Below are positions 1-11,758 of a stretch of 64,000 nucleotides of DNA, piece after piece. The stretch lies in assembly GCA_030390025.1 (NCBI GenBank), contig JASTWF010000035.1, forward strand, positions 2,170,001-2,234,000, written 5' to 3'. The translations under genes and the position numbers were made by a program. The number at the start of each line of letters is the position of its first letter. The stretch's first letter is position 1. Source of the DNA: Squalus acanthias (taxonomy: Eukaryota). Below the pieces are notes generated by a model. That model ran no database searches and was not told the DNA's origin. It saw nothing but the letters and a program-made list of their open reading frames with translations.

Positions 1-480
1 ACAAACGTAGGGTACTGATTCCGGGTTAGAGTGAGCTGAAGGGTCATGAGGCGTTCGTTTATCCCACAAGGGGAATCTCTAAGACCCCAAACTAGCTCAT
101 TTTTGATGGCAAAGCCAACCCCATGGAGACATCGATCCTCTTCTGATTTGCCTTTCCAGAAAAGCTGTATCCGCCACCTTGTTCTTTGAGCTGGCCTTCT
201 CCTGCTCACCGTGTCTCGTTCAGGGCGGTGATGTTGATGTCGAAGCATCTGAGTTTCTGGGCTATGATAGCGGTGCGACGTTCAGGTCCGTCGCAGTTGG
301 GGTTATCCATGAGGTTCTTGACGTTCCAGGTCCCAAACTTAATTTTAAAGGGTGGAAGATGCTTGTGAGTAAATTCTTTTAACGTGGGGTGGCCGTTGCA
401 CACCAGTTACCACAAGAACTTGACAGAGCAAGGTCTTAGTCCAATGGCAAGGAAAGCCAGGACAATTGGAGACCAGGTTC
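1..480 (-). mobile_element. RTE-clade LINE, 5' end and APE endonuclease start (degenerate)
   Basis: Minus ORF 206-403 FGTWNVKNLMDNPNCDGPERRTA...ALNETR, homologous to the RTE at 36498. Confidence 0.75.
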
Positions 481-496
481 TGCTGCATGGGTTTGG

Positions 497-525
<29 letters not shown>
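497..525. repeat. (CA)n microsatellite
   Basis: About 14 CA units, read directly. Confidence 0.95.
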
Positions 526-528
<3 letters not shown>

Positions 529-3207
529 GGAGGGAAGAAAAACTGGAATTGGAAAACAAAAACGTAGAAAGTAAATTGGAAGGATAGAGGAATCAAGGGC
601 TAGATAATAGTCAACAAAGAGGTTTGCCTGTACTAAATGGTATATACTTCAATGCAAGGAGTATAGCAAACAAGGCAGATGAGCTGAGGGCACAGGTAGA
701 TACTTGGGACTATGATATTATAGCTATTACAGAGACGTGGCTGAAAGAGGGGCAGGTATGGCAGCTCAACATTCCTGGTTACAGGATTTTCAGACGGGAT
801 AGAGAGGGAGGTAAAAAGGGAGGGGGGGTCGCAGTATTGATTAAAGAAACTATTACAGCTGTGAGGAGGGATGATATGTTGGAGGGATCATCAAACGAGG
901 CCATATGGGTCGAATTGAAAAACACAAAAAAAGTGCGATCACACTGCTGGGAGTGTACTACAGACCCCCAAACAGTGAGAGGGAGATAGGAGAACAAATA
1001 TGTTGACAAACTTCTGAGAAGTGCAAAAACTATAGGGCAGTAATAGTAGGGGATTTCAACTACCCCAATATTAACTGGGATACAATTAGTGTGAAGGGTA
1101 CAGAGTGTGCGGAATTCCTAAAATGCATCCAGGAGAACTTTTTTAGCCAGTATGTCACAAGCCCAACAAGAGAGGGGGTGGTTCTGGACTTAGTATTAGG
1201 GAGTGAAGCTGGGCAGGTAGAAGGCGTATCAGTGGGGGAGCATTTTGGTGCTAGTGACCATAATTCTGTTAGATTTAAGATATTTATGGAAAAGGACAAG
1301 GATAGACCAGGAATAAAAATTCTAAATTGGGGAAAAGCAAATTTTGCTGAGCTCAGAGGGGATTTAGCCATAGTGGACTGGAAACAGCTACTTGAAGGTA
1401 AATCAGTGTCAGAGCAGTGGGAGGCATTCAAGGAGGAGATCCGGAGGGTTCAGACCAAATATGTGCCCTTAAAGAAAAAAGGTGGGACTAACAAATCTAG
1501 AGCCCCCTGGATGTCTAGGGACATACAGGGTAGGATAAAGAAAAAAAGGGAGGCGTATGACAGATACCGAGGGCTAAATACTCCAGAATCTTTAGAGGAG
1601 TACAGAAAGTGCAGGGGTGCAATTAAAAAGGATATTAGGAAAGCAAAGAGAGAGCATGAAAAATTCTTGGCAAGTAAAATCAAGGAAAACCCAAAGATGT
1701 TTTATAAATATATTAAGAGTAAGAGAATAACTAAAGAAAGTGTAGGGCCTATTCGAGATCATGAGGGTAATCTGTGTGTGGAGGCGGGAGATGTCGGTAG
1801 GGTTCTTAATTAATTCTTTGCGTCTGTTTTCACAAAGGAGAGGGGTGAAGCAGACATTGCTATCGGGGGGGAGGAGTGTGAAATATCAGATGAAATAAAC
1901 ATAATGAGGGAGGAAGTATTAAGGGGTTTAGCAGCTTTAAAAGTGGATAAATCCCCAGGCCCGGATGAAATGTATCCCAGGCTGTTAAGTGAAGAAAAAG
2001 AGGAAATAGCAGAGGCCCTGACCATCATTTTTCAATCTTCTCTGGTTTCAGGTGTGGTGCCAGAGGACTGGAGGACTGCTAATGTGGTACCCTTGTTTAA
2101 AAAGGGAGAAAAGGATAGACTGAGTAATTACAGGTCAGTCAGCCTAACCTCGGTGGTATGAAAATTATTGGAAAGAATTCTGAAGAACAGGATAAATCTT
2201 CATTTAGAAAGACACGGATTAATCAGGGATAGTCAGCATGGATTTGTTAAGGGAAGGTTGTGTCTGACAAACTTGATTGAACTTTTTGAGGAGGTAACAA
2301 GGAGGGTAGATGAGGGTAGTGCGTTTGATGTAGTGTATATGGACTTTAGCAAGGCTTTTGATAAGTTTCCACATGGCAGACTGGTCATGAAGTTAAAAGC
2401 CCATGCGTGGGTTTCCTCCGGGTGCTCCGGTTTCCTCCCACAGTCCAAAAATGTGCGGGTTAGGTTGATTTGGCTATGATAAATTGACCCTTAGTGTTAG
2501 GGGGGGATTAAATATGTGGGGTTATGGGGATAGGATGGGATATGTTCGGGGGAATTAAATACGTGGGGTTACGGGGGTAGGGTGGGATATGTGTACTGTG
2601 GGGATTAAAGCAGGGGACAGGGTACTGGATTTGGATGATCAGCCATGATCGTATTGAATGGTGGAGCAGGCTCGACGGGCCGAATGGCCTACTCCTGCTC
2701 CTAGATTCTATGTTTCTATGTTTCTATGATCCAGGGCAAAGTGACAAGTTGGATTCAAAACTGGCTCGGAGACAGGAAGCAGAGGGTAATGGTTGATGGG
2801 TGATTTTGTGACTGGAAGGCTGTTTCCAGTGGGGTTCCGCAGGGCTCAGTACTAGGTCCCTTGATTTTTGTGGTATACATCAATGATCTTCACTTGAATA
2901 TAGGGGATATGATTAAGAAGTTTGCAGATGATACTAAAATCGGCTGTGTGGTTGATACTGAAAAAGGAAGCTGTAGACTGCAGGAAGATATCAATAAATT
3001 GGTCAGGTGGGCAGAACAGTGGCAAATGGAATTCAATCCGGAGAAGTGTGAGGTAATGCATTTGGGGAGGGCTAACAAGGAAAGGGAATACACATTAAAT
3101 GGTAGGACACTGAGTAGTGTAGAGGAACAAAGGGACCTTGGAGTGCATGTCCACAGATCCCTGAAGGTAGCAGGCCATGTAGATAAGGTGGTTAAGAAGG
3201 CATATGG
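526..3207 (+). mobile_element. CR1 LINE ORF2 (APE+RT), frameshifted, interrupted by a SINE
   Basis: NARSI, ITETW, GDFN, SDH, KSPGPD, QHGF, DFSKAFDK, GVPQGS and FADD motifs spread over broken ORFs. Confidence 0.9.
2405..2728 (+). mobile_element. 5'-truncated V-domain SINE (HE1-like) with CR1-derived 3' tail
   Basis: GCGTGGGTTTCCTCCGGGTGCTCCGGTTTCCTCCCACA V-domain, CR1-type hairpin and (TTTCTATG)n tail; the host CR1 resumes at GATCCAGGGC. Confidence 0.75.
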
Positions 3208-4735
3208 AAAGGATCTAGCCAGGGTAAAATGGAACCAGAGACTGACAGGAAAAACTGTAACGGAACAATGGGTGATCTTTAAGGAGGAGATGTTCCAAGT
3301 ACAGGCTAGGTACATTCCAACAAGAGGGAGAGTAAGGGAACCAAAGCAAGGGCTCCTTGGATGATGAGGGAGATAGAGAAGATGATGAAACAAAAAAAGA
3401 GGGTGTATGAAGCATGTCAGGTGAATTCTTCAAGGGAGAACCAGACCAAATACAATAAGTTGGGAGGGGAAGTGAAGATGAAAATAAGATTGGCAAAGAG
3501 AAAATATGAGAGTAGAATGGAGGTTAACATAAAAGTGATCCCAAAAATCTTCCACCGGCATGTAAACAGTAAACGGGTAGTAAGAGGTGGGGTGAGGCCT
3601 ATTAGAGACAAAGAAGGTGATATATGCTTAGAGACGCAGGGCAAGGCTAGAATACTCAATGGGTACTTTGTATCGGTGTTTACTAAGGAGGTGGATGCTG
3701 ACAAAATATCGGTAGAAGTGGAAAAGGTAGAAGCAATGGAAGGGGTGAAAATTGATAGGCAGGATGTACTAGAAAGGCTGGGTATGCTTAGAGTGGATAA
3801 GTCGCCTCGTCCAAATGGCTTGCATCCCAGGTTGCTAAGGGAATTAGGGGAGGAGGTAGCGGAAGGGCTTGCCATAATTTTCCAATCTTCCCTAGATGCG
3901 GGGGAGGTGCCTGAAGATTGGAAAGTGGCAAATGTGACACCATTGTTCAAGAAAGGGTGTAAGGACAATCGTAGTAACTACAGGCCAGTCAGTTTAACAT
4001 CAGTGGTGGGTAAAGTTTTAGAAACAATAATCAAGGAAAAAATTAACGGGCACTTGGAGATGTTTAAGCTAATTAAGGAGAGCCAACACGGATTTGTAAA
4101 AGGCAGATCGTGTTTGACTAATCTAATTGAATTTTTTAATGAAGTAACAGAGCGGATTGATGAAGGGAATGCAAATGGATGTTGTCTACCTAGATTTTTG
4201 GAAGGTGTTTGACAAAGTACCACATAGAAGGCTGGTGAATAAAATTGAGGCTCATGGAATAGGTGGGTCAGTGGCAGCTTGGATAAGGAATTGGCTTAAG
4301 GACAGAAAACAGCGAGTTGTGGTAAATGGCTGTTTTTCAGACTGGAAGATGGTAGACAGTGGTGTTCCCCAAGGGTCAGTGCTGGGGCCACTGCTTTTTT
4401 TGATATATATAAATGACCTGGATATTGGAATACAGAGTAGAATTTCTAAATTTGCCGATGACACCAAACTTGGGGGTGTGGCAAATAGTGATGATGATAC
4501 CAATCGACTGCAACAGGACATAGAAAGGCTAGTAGAATGGGCAGACAAGTGGCAGATGGAATTTAATACAGAGAAGTGTGAGGTGATGCATTTTGGCAGA
4601 AGGAACAGGGAGAGGCAATATATACTTAATGGCACAGTTTTAAAGAGTGTGCAGGGACAGAGGGACCTGGGAGTTAATGTGCATAGGTCCCTGAAGGTGG
4701 TGGGACATATTGAGAGAGTGGTTAACAAAGCATAT
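3208..4735 (+). mobile_element. CR1 LINE ORF2 fragment (RT)
   Basis: ORFs 3361-4212 and 4157 onward carry NYRPVSLTS, QHGF, GVPQGS, FADD. Confidence 0.9.
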
Positions 4736-5140
4736 GGGAAATTGTTAAATCTCCGTTGTCTTCAGTCCAGAACCAAGATTGTCCCAACCGCTGTTATTGA
4801 ATTACAGTATGCAGACGACGCTTGTGATTGTGCATACTCGGAGGCCGAACTCCAAACCATCGTTGACTCCTTCACTGAAGCATACGAGAGACTGGGCCTT
4901 ACATTAAACATCCAAAAGACAAAGGTTCTATACCAACCTGCCCCCGCCGCACAACACTTCCCCTCGACTATCAAAATCCATGACGAGACCTTGGACAGTG
5001 TGGACCAGTTTCCATACCTTGGGAGCCTTCTGTCAGCGAGGGCGGGCATCGATGAAGAAATCCAGCACTACCTTCAGTGTGCCAGTGCAGCCTTCGGCCA
5101 CCTGAGGAAAAGAGTGTTTGAAGACCAAGACCTCAAACTT
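4736..5140 (+). mobile_element. RTE LINE internal fragment (RT, YADD)
   Basis: ELQYADD...FEDQDLK, homologous to 38625-39025. Confidence 0.85.
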
Positions 5141-5149
5141 GTGTGGAAT

Positions 5150-5409
5150 GGGCTTATACTCTCTGGAATTTAGAAGAATGAGAGGTGATCTAATTGAAAC
5201 ATACAAGATTCTGAAGGGGATTGACAGGGTAGATGCTGAGAGGTTGTTTCCCCTGGCTGGAGTGTCTAGAACTAGGGGGCATAGTCTCAGGATAAGGGGT
5301 CGGCCATTTAAGACCGAGATGAGGAGGAATTTCTTCACTCAGAGGGTAGTGAATCTTTGGAATTCTCTGCCCCAGAGGGCTGTGGATGCTGAGTCATTGA
5401 GTATATTCA
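5150..5409 (+). mobile_element. CR1 ORF2 C-terminal fragment
   Basis: GLYSLEFRRMRGDLIETYKI...FFTQRVVNLWNSLP. Confidence 0.85.
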
Positions 5410-7091
5410 CGTTATGGGCTCCACCATCATTGAGGATGGGGATATTCATGGAGCCTCTTCCTCCCTTCAGTTGTTTAATGGTCCACCACCAGTCGCGACT
5501 GGATGTGGCAGGACTGCAGAGCTTTGTTCTGATCCGTTGATTGTGGGATCGCTTAGCCCTGTCTATAGCATGCTGCTTCCATTCTTCAGCATGCATGTAG
5601 TCCTGTGTTGCAGCTTCCCCAGGTTGGCAGCTCATTTTTAGGTACACCTGGTGATGCTCCTGGCATGCTCTTCTACACTCCTCATTGAACCAGGGTTGGT
5701 CCCCTGGCTTGGTGGTAATGGTACAGTGAGGGATATGCCGGGCCATGAGGTTACAGATTGTGGTGGAATACAATTCTGCTGCTGCTGATGGCCCACGGTG
5801 CCTCATGGATGCTCAGTTTTGAACTGCTAGATCTGTTCTGAATTCATCCCATTTAGCACGGTGGTAGTGCCACACAACACGATGGAGGGTGTCCTCAATG
5901 TGAAGACGGGACTTCGTCTCCACAAGGACTGTGCGGTGGTCACTGCTACCAATACTGTCATGGACAGATGCATCTGCGACAGGTACATTGGTGAGGACGA
6001 GGTCAAGTAGGTTTTTCCCTCGTGTTGGTTCTCTCACCACCTGCCACAGACCCAGTCTAGCAGCTATGTCCTTTAGGACTCAGCCAGCTCGGTCTGTAGT
6101 GGCGCTGACAAGGCACTCTTGGTGATAGACATTGAAGCGGTTAAAAAGGCATACGGTATACTGGGCTTCATAAACAGAGGCATTGAGTACAAAAGCAAGG
6201 AAGTCATGATGAACCTTTATAAAACACTGGTTTGGCCTCAACTGGAGTATTGTGTTCAATTCTGGGCACCGCACTTTAGGAAGGATGTGAAGGCCTTTGA
6301 GAGGGTGTAGAAAAGATTCATAAGAATGATTCCAATGATGAGGGACTTCAGTTACATGGATAGACTGGAGAAGCTGGGGTTATTCTCCTTAGAGCAGAGA
6401 AGTTTGAGAGGAGATTTGATAGAGGTATTCAAGATCATGAGGGGTCTAGACAGAGTAGATAGAGAAAAACTGCTCCCATTGATGGAAGGGTCGAGAACCA
6501 GAGGACACAGATTTAAGGTGATTGGCAAAGGAACCAAAAGCGACATGAGGAAAAGCTGTTTTACACAGCGAGTGGTTAGGATCTGGGCTGCACTGCCTGA
6601 AAGGGTGGTGGAGGCAGACTCAATCGTGGCTTTCAAAAGGGAATTGGCAAGTACCTGAAGGAAAAAAAATTGGAGTGCTACGGGAAAGGGCGGGGGTGTG
6701 AGACTAGCTGAAGTGCTCTTGCAGAGAGCCGGCACAGGCTCAACGGGCCGAATGGCCTCCTTCTGTGCTGTAACCATTCTATGATTGTATGACCCATGGT
6801 ACATTCTGTGCCCTTGCTACCCTCAGTGCTTCTACTTTTGGTGTTCAACATGGAGGAGTACTGATTCATCAGCTGAGGGAGGGCGGTAGGATGTAATCAG
6901 CAGGAGATTTCCTTGGCCATGCGTAACCTGAAGCCATGAGACTTCATGGAGTCTGGGGTCAAATGTTGAGGACTCCCAGGGCCACTCCTTCCCGACTGTA
7001 TACTACTGTGCCACCACCCCTGGTGGGTCTGTCCTGCCGGTGGGACAGGACATACCCAGGGATGGTGATGGAGGAATCTGGGACATTGGCT
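5410..7091 (-). mobile_element. Second LINE family (APE domain fragment), split by a CR1 at ~6132-6790
   Basis: Minus-strand YRPPSADESVLLHVEH (~6845-6890), PTRGKNLLDLVLTN...SDH (5813-6040) and KPGDQPWFNEECR; clade not assigned. Confidence 0.7.
6132..6790 (+). mobile_element. CR1 3' fragment with 3'UTR and tail
   Basis: PQLEYCVQFWAP, GDLIEVFKIM; 3' hairpin ends ACCATTCTATGATT; same subfamily as 63188-64000. Confidence 0.85.
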
Positions 7092-7199
7092 GATTTAGAA
7101 CAATATAAAACAGCACAATCTTTTCAATTACTCTTAGTATAACATTCCTGCATTAGCACTGGCAGTTCTAAACAAGCTGGATTTTTCTGACAAACTTAC

Positions 7200-7308
7200 T
7201 TATTCTCGCATTTTATGTATTTGTCATTTTTGTTCTGGCCGCAGTTCCCATATTGATTTCCTTGTAAATTTGCAATTTCATAACAAAAATCTTCAGCAGA
7301 CATCGCAC
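7200..7308 (-). CDS. ADAM15: ADAM exon, cysteine-rich domain ((G)AMSAEDFCYEIANLQGNQYGNCGQNKNDKYIKCEN)
   Basis: 109-bp exon not in the ORF track. Acceptor (CT)nGATAG|, donor |GTAAGT; phase 1 start matches the phase 1 end of the previous exon; carries the ADAM N-x2-G-x3-GNCG motif. Confidence 0.85.
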
Positions 7309-7837
7309 CTATCAGAGAGAGAGAGTGGGAGAATTACAGAGATTCTACAGCACAGAAACAGGCCACACGTCCTAACCGTTCCTTGCCGGTGGTTATACTC
7401 CACATGAGACTCCTCCACAGACTGCCCCCGAGTGAGAAGGAAAGGGTGTCTGGGAGAATGTGAATGACAGAGAAACAGAAAGTATGAAATAGAGAGAACA
7501 AGAGAGACAAAGAGATTGACTAAAATACAGATCCTTTTAAGCCAACACTAAGAACCACTGATCCCCACCCCACCTACTCCATTAGTTTGGCATTTCCATT
7601 CCCCTACCTGGCTCGTGCCAACATGGTGCCAGCGATACGTGTTTTGATTTTTCTCCTCTTTATAAGCAGGTAGGAGTTGTTTTTACCAGTGCCAGTCTTG
7701 ACCCAGTTACGGTGAACTGTATGAGTGAGACCAGGGCATCCATCCAATCACATACGTACACTTGACAAAGCTCATGCTGAGTGCATGAGTGGGACTGTGC
7801 TGTAACAGTATGGAGAATTCTGGTAGCCTGTACTCAC

Positions 7838-8033
7838 CGTCACCCCAGATCTCCTCGCACTGTTTATCCGCGGACTGACAGACCCCCTCGCTGCAGTACA
7901 AGTTTCCGTTACTGCATGGGCGGCCATCTTTCATATACGTATTGCTGGGGCAATCCGAGAAGCTGCCCGTACAGAACTCTGGCAAGTCACATTCTCCCAT
8001 CAACGGCCGACAAATTGTTCCCGCTGAAATAAA
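7838..8033 (-). CDS. ADAM15: ADAM exon: disintegrin loop plus start of Cys-rich domain (FISAGTICRPLMGECDLPEFC...CEEIWGDG)
   Basis: 196-bp exon with acceptor TTTGTTCTGCAG| and donor |GTGAGT. Contains the ECDLPEFC disintegrin motif; phase 0 start joins the 48745 exon in frame. Confidence 0.85.
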
Positions 8034-8228
8034 CTGCAGAACAAAGGCAGCAATGAAACGCGCTGACATTTTAATTGGGCAATTTTTCTGACAGGGAAGG
8101 AGTGAGTTGAAAGTAAATCTGTAAATTCCTGGACAGTCAGGTGTGTTATATGTGACGTGTCTGGGTGTTCAGTATTTTGGGTGAAGTTGGTAATCTGTAT
8201 TCAGGGGTCAGGAATGTACAAGGTACTC

Positions 8229-8397
8229 AGGGTGCAGTAGCCCAGTGGTTCTGGCACTGGACAAGCAACACAGAGCATGAGTTCAAATACCAATTTGTGA
8301 AACTGAATTCAGTAAATCTGATAATTTTGAGGTTGGCACCAGGAAAAATGAGCTTGAAAGCTGCAGGACTTTTACTGAAAACCCAACTGGTTCACTA
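8229..8397 (+). mobile_element. tRNA-derived SINE, 5' half (3' half at ~35341-35410)
   Basis: A-box-like TAGCCCAGTGG and B-box-like GAGTTCAAATACC, running directly into AAAACCCAACTGGTTCACTAA. Confidence 0.6.
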
Positions 8398-8700
8398 AAA
8401 ACCCAACTGGTTCACTAAAAACCCAACTGGTTCACTAGAAACCCAACTGGTTCACTAAAAACCCAACTGGTTCACTAAAAACCCAACTGGTTCACTAAAA
8501 ACCCAACTGGTTCACTAAAATCCCAACTGGTTCACTAAAATCCCAACTGGTTCACTAAAATACCAACTGGTTCACTAAAAACCCAACTGGTTCATTAAAA
8601 CCAAACTGGATCACTAAAATCCCAACTGGTTCACTAAAAACCCAACTGGTTCACTAAAATCCCAACTGGTTCACTAAAAACCCGACTGGTTCACTAAAAA
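8378..8700. repeat. 20-bp tandem repeat, block 1 (AAAAACCCAACTGGTTCACT), ~16 units; ~4 more units at 10703-10783
   Basis: Direct periodicity; the block is split by a CR1 insertion. Confidence 0.95.
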
Positions 8701-10702
8701 AAAGGGAAGATAGATTATGAAAATAAATTAGCAAAAAATATAAAAACAGATAGCAAGAGTTTCTATAGTTATATAAAAAGAAAAAGGGTGGCTAAGGCAA
8801 ACGTAGGTCCCTTAGAGGATGAGACCGGGAAATTAATGGTGGGAAACATGGAGATGGCAAAAATGCTGAACAAATATTTTGTTTCAGTCTTTACGGTAGA
8901 GGACACTAAGAATATCCCAACACTGGACAAACAGGGGGCTCTAGGGGGGGAGGAGCTAAATACGATTAAAATCACTAAGGAATTGGTACTCAGTAAAATA
9001 ATGGGACTCAAGGCGGATAAATCCCCTGGACCTGATGGCTTACATCCTAGGGTCTTGAGGGAAGTGGCAATAGGGATTGTGGATGCTTTGGTAATAATTT
9101 TCCAAAATTCCCTGGAATCAGCAAAGGTCCCAGCAGATTGGAAACCTGCTAATGTAACACCCTTATTTAAAAAGGGTAGTAGGCAGAAAGCTGGAAATTA
9201 TAGACCAGTTAGTCTAACATCTGTGGTGGGTAAAATTTTGGAGTCTATTATTAAGGAGACAGTAACGGAACATTTAGATAAACATAATTTGATAGGACAA
9301 AGTCAGCATGGCTTTATGAAGGGGAAATCATGTCTGACAAATTTGCTTGAGTTCTTTGAGGACATAACGTACAGGGTGGATAAAGGGGAACCAATGGACG
9401 TAGTGTATTTAGACTTCCAGAAGGCATTCGACAAGGTGCCACATAAAAGATTATTGCTCAAGATAAAAAATCACTGGATTGGGGGGAATATTCTGGCATG
9501 GGTGGAGGATTGGTTATCTAACAGGAAGCAGAGAGTTGGGATAAATGGTTCATTCTCGGACTGGCAACCAGTAGCCAGTGGTGTTCCGCAGGGGTCGGTG
9601 CTGGGTCCCCAACTCTTTACACTCTATATTAACGATTTGGAGGAGGGGACCGAGTGTAACATATCAAAGTTTGCAGATGATACAAAGATGCGAGGGAAAG
9701 TAGAAAGTGAGGAGGACATAAAAAACCTACAAGGGGATATAGACAAGCTGGGTGAGTGGGCAGAGATTTGGCAGATGCAATATAATATTGGAAAATGTGA
9801 GGTTATGCACTTTGGCAGGAAAAATCAGAGAGCAAGTTATTATCTTAATGGCGAGAAACTGGAAAGTACTGCAGTACAAAGGGATCTGGGGGTCCTAGTG
9901 CAAGAAAATCAAAAAGTTAGTATGCAGGTGCAGTAAGTGATCAAGAAGGCCAACGGAATGTTGGCTTTTATTGCTAGGGGGATAGATTATAAAAACAGGG
10001 AGGTATTGCTGCAGTTATATAAGGTATTGGTGAGACCGCATCTGGAATACTGCATACAGTTTTGGTGTCCATACTTAAGAAAAGACATACTTGCTCTCGA
10101 GGCAGTACAAAGAAGGTTCACTCAGTTAATCCCCGGGATGAGGGGGTGGACATACGAGGAGAGGTTGAGTAGATTGGGACTCTACTCATTGGAGTTCAGA
10201 AGAATGAGAGGCGATCTTATTGAAACATATAAGATTGTGAAGGGGCTTGATCGGGTGGATGCGGTAAGGATGTTCCCAAGGATGGGTGAAACTAGAACTA
10301 GGGGGCATAATCTTAGAATAAGGGGCTGCTCTTTCAAAACTGAGATGAGGAGAAACTTCTTCACTCAGAGGGTAGTAGGTCTGTGGAATTTGCTGCCCCA
10401 GGAAGCTGTGGAAGCTACATCATTAAATAAATTTAAAACAGAAATAGACAGTTTCCTCGAAGTAAAGGGAATTAGGGGTTACGGGGAGCGGGCAGGAAAT
10501 TGGACATGAGGCTGAGTTCGGATCGGTCGAGGCCCTGTGGGTGGCGTAGCGGGCCCAGGGGCTGAGTGGCCAGGTCCCGCTCCTACTTCTTGTGTTCTTT
10601 AGATTTGAGGTGAGGATCAGATCAGCCATGATCTTATTGAATGGCGGAGCAGGCTCGAGGGGCCGATTGGCCTACTCCTGCTCCTATTTCTTATGTTCTT
10701 AT
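8701..10702 (+). mobile_element. 5'-truncated young CR1 inserted in the satellite; one premature stop (9934-9936)
   Basis: ORFs 8788-9936 and 9937-10509 are in one frame and highly similar to ORF2 59508-62459; tail TTCTTATGTTCTTAT. Confidence 0.92.
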
Positions 10703-11212
10703 AATCCCAACTGGTTCACTAAAAACCCAATTGGTTCACTAAAAACCCAGCTGGTTCACTAAAATCCCAGCATTTCACTAAAAGATTTTAAATTTTTTCA
10801 AAAATTTAATTTTTGGTTTAAAGTGGTTAATTTATTTAACTATACTTATTTTATTAATGTGATGGCTTTTTTTTTTATTTAATTCAGGTTTAGCTGTTCT
10901 TTTGGGGGGGTTTAATATTCATAGCTTTGACAGCTCTTGCCGTCAAAACTATGAATGAAAGATGGTGTGCTGCCATTGGCTCTAACTGAATCACGTGATC
11001 CCAGAGCTCGCACGAACTAATTGCGTCTCTGGGACACTCAAGCACTGCACGGCTGCATGTGGGACTGGCCTTGAAACTAAAGTTCGTGTGGGCCCGGAGG
11101 AAAAAGGTAGGTGCGGAGTGAGATATCGCGGGGAAGCCTTATCCCCGCGGAACATTCACTGTTTAATTTCTGGGCCATTGTCTTAGTTTAAGATCTCATT
11201 CAAAAGACAATC

Positions 11213-11321
11213 TAGTACTCAATAGTCAACTGTCGGTCTAGATTATGTGTTCAAGTTCTCAAGTGGGCCTTGGACACACAACTTTCTGACTCAGGTGAGA
11301 GTGCTCCCACTGAGCCAAGGC
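11213..11321 (-). mobile_element. tRNA-derived SINE head (degenerate)
   Basis: Minus strand GGCTCAGTGGGAGCACTCTCACCTGAGTCAGAAAGTTGTG resembles the head of the SINE at 48948. Confidence 0.5.
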
Positions 11322-11486
11322 TAATACAAACATAGGATGAGGGTTTTTTTAAGACAGTTTACCTGTCAAGTTACCTACATGAACACCAACCTTAATTCAG
11401 TGAATAATTCATCCCGTAAAAAATGTCCAAATTGCAGTTCTGACAAAGAATCATTACTTATAGAATCATAGAGCACAGAAGGGGGC

Positions 11487-11680
11487 TATGGTAACACAAT
11501 ACAGCTTCCTGTGACTCGAACTGTATTGCATCACTTCCTGTGATTATTCCAGGATAAATACTGGACTGATCAGTTGGATCCTGGAGAGGCATAGAGTAAG
11601 ACCTCTTTTGTATGTAGCACCTTTTTAGTTGATTAAAGCTTACTTTAAGTTCACCATGCGTAAGGCTCATTCTTACGACA
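11487..11680 (+). repeat. 5' LTR (TA...CA; first TG mutated)
   Basis: Direct repeat of 15731-15924 with 6 substitutions in 194 bp. Confidence 0.93.
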
Positions 11681-11758
11681 ATTTAATCAACTTTGGAAAA
11701 CTTCGCACTCAAACTTTTTGGACGAACTCGGAACTAAGGATCCAGGGAATCACCCATC

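Noticed and set aside
4157..5173. ORF with two RT motifs (FADD and YADD) as a novel fusion protein
   Set aside because: Chance in-frame junction of a broken CR1 and a short RTE fragment; both are incomplete.
7707..8069. 120-aa ORF (and 48670-48927) as standalone genes
   Set aside because: Only the splice-bounded cores are ADAM-like; the flanks are intron read-through.
8229..8292. tRNA gene (also near 48950 and 11300)
   Set aside because: Only A/B-box remnants with no cloverleaf; these are SINE heads.
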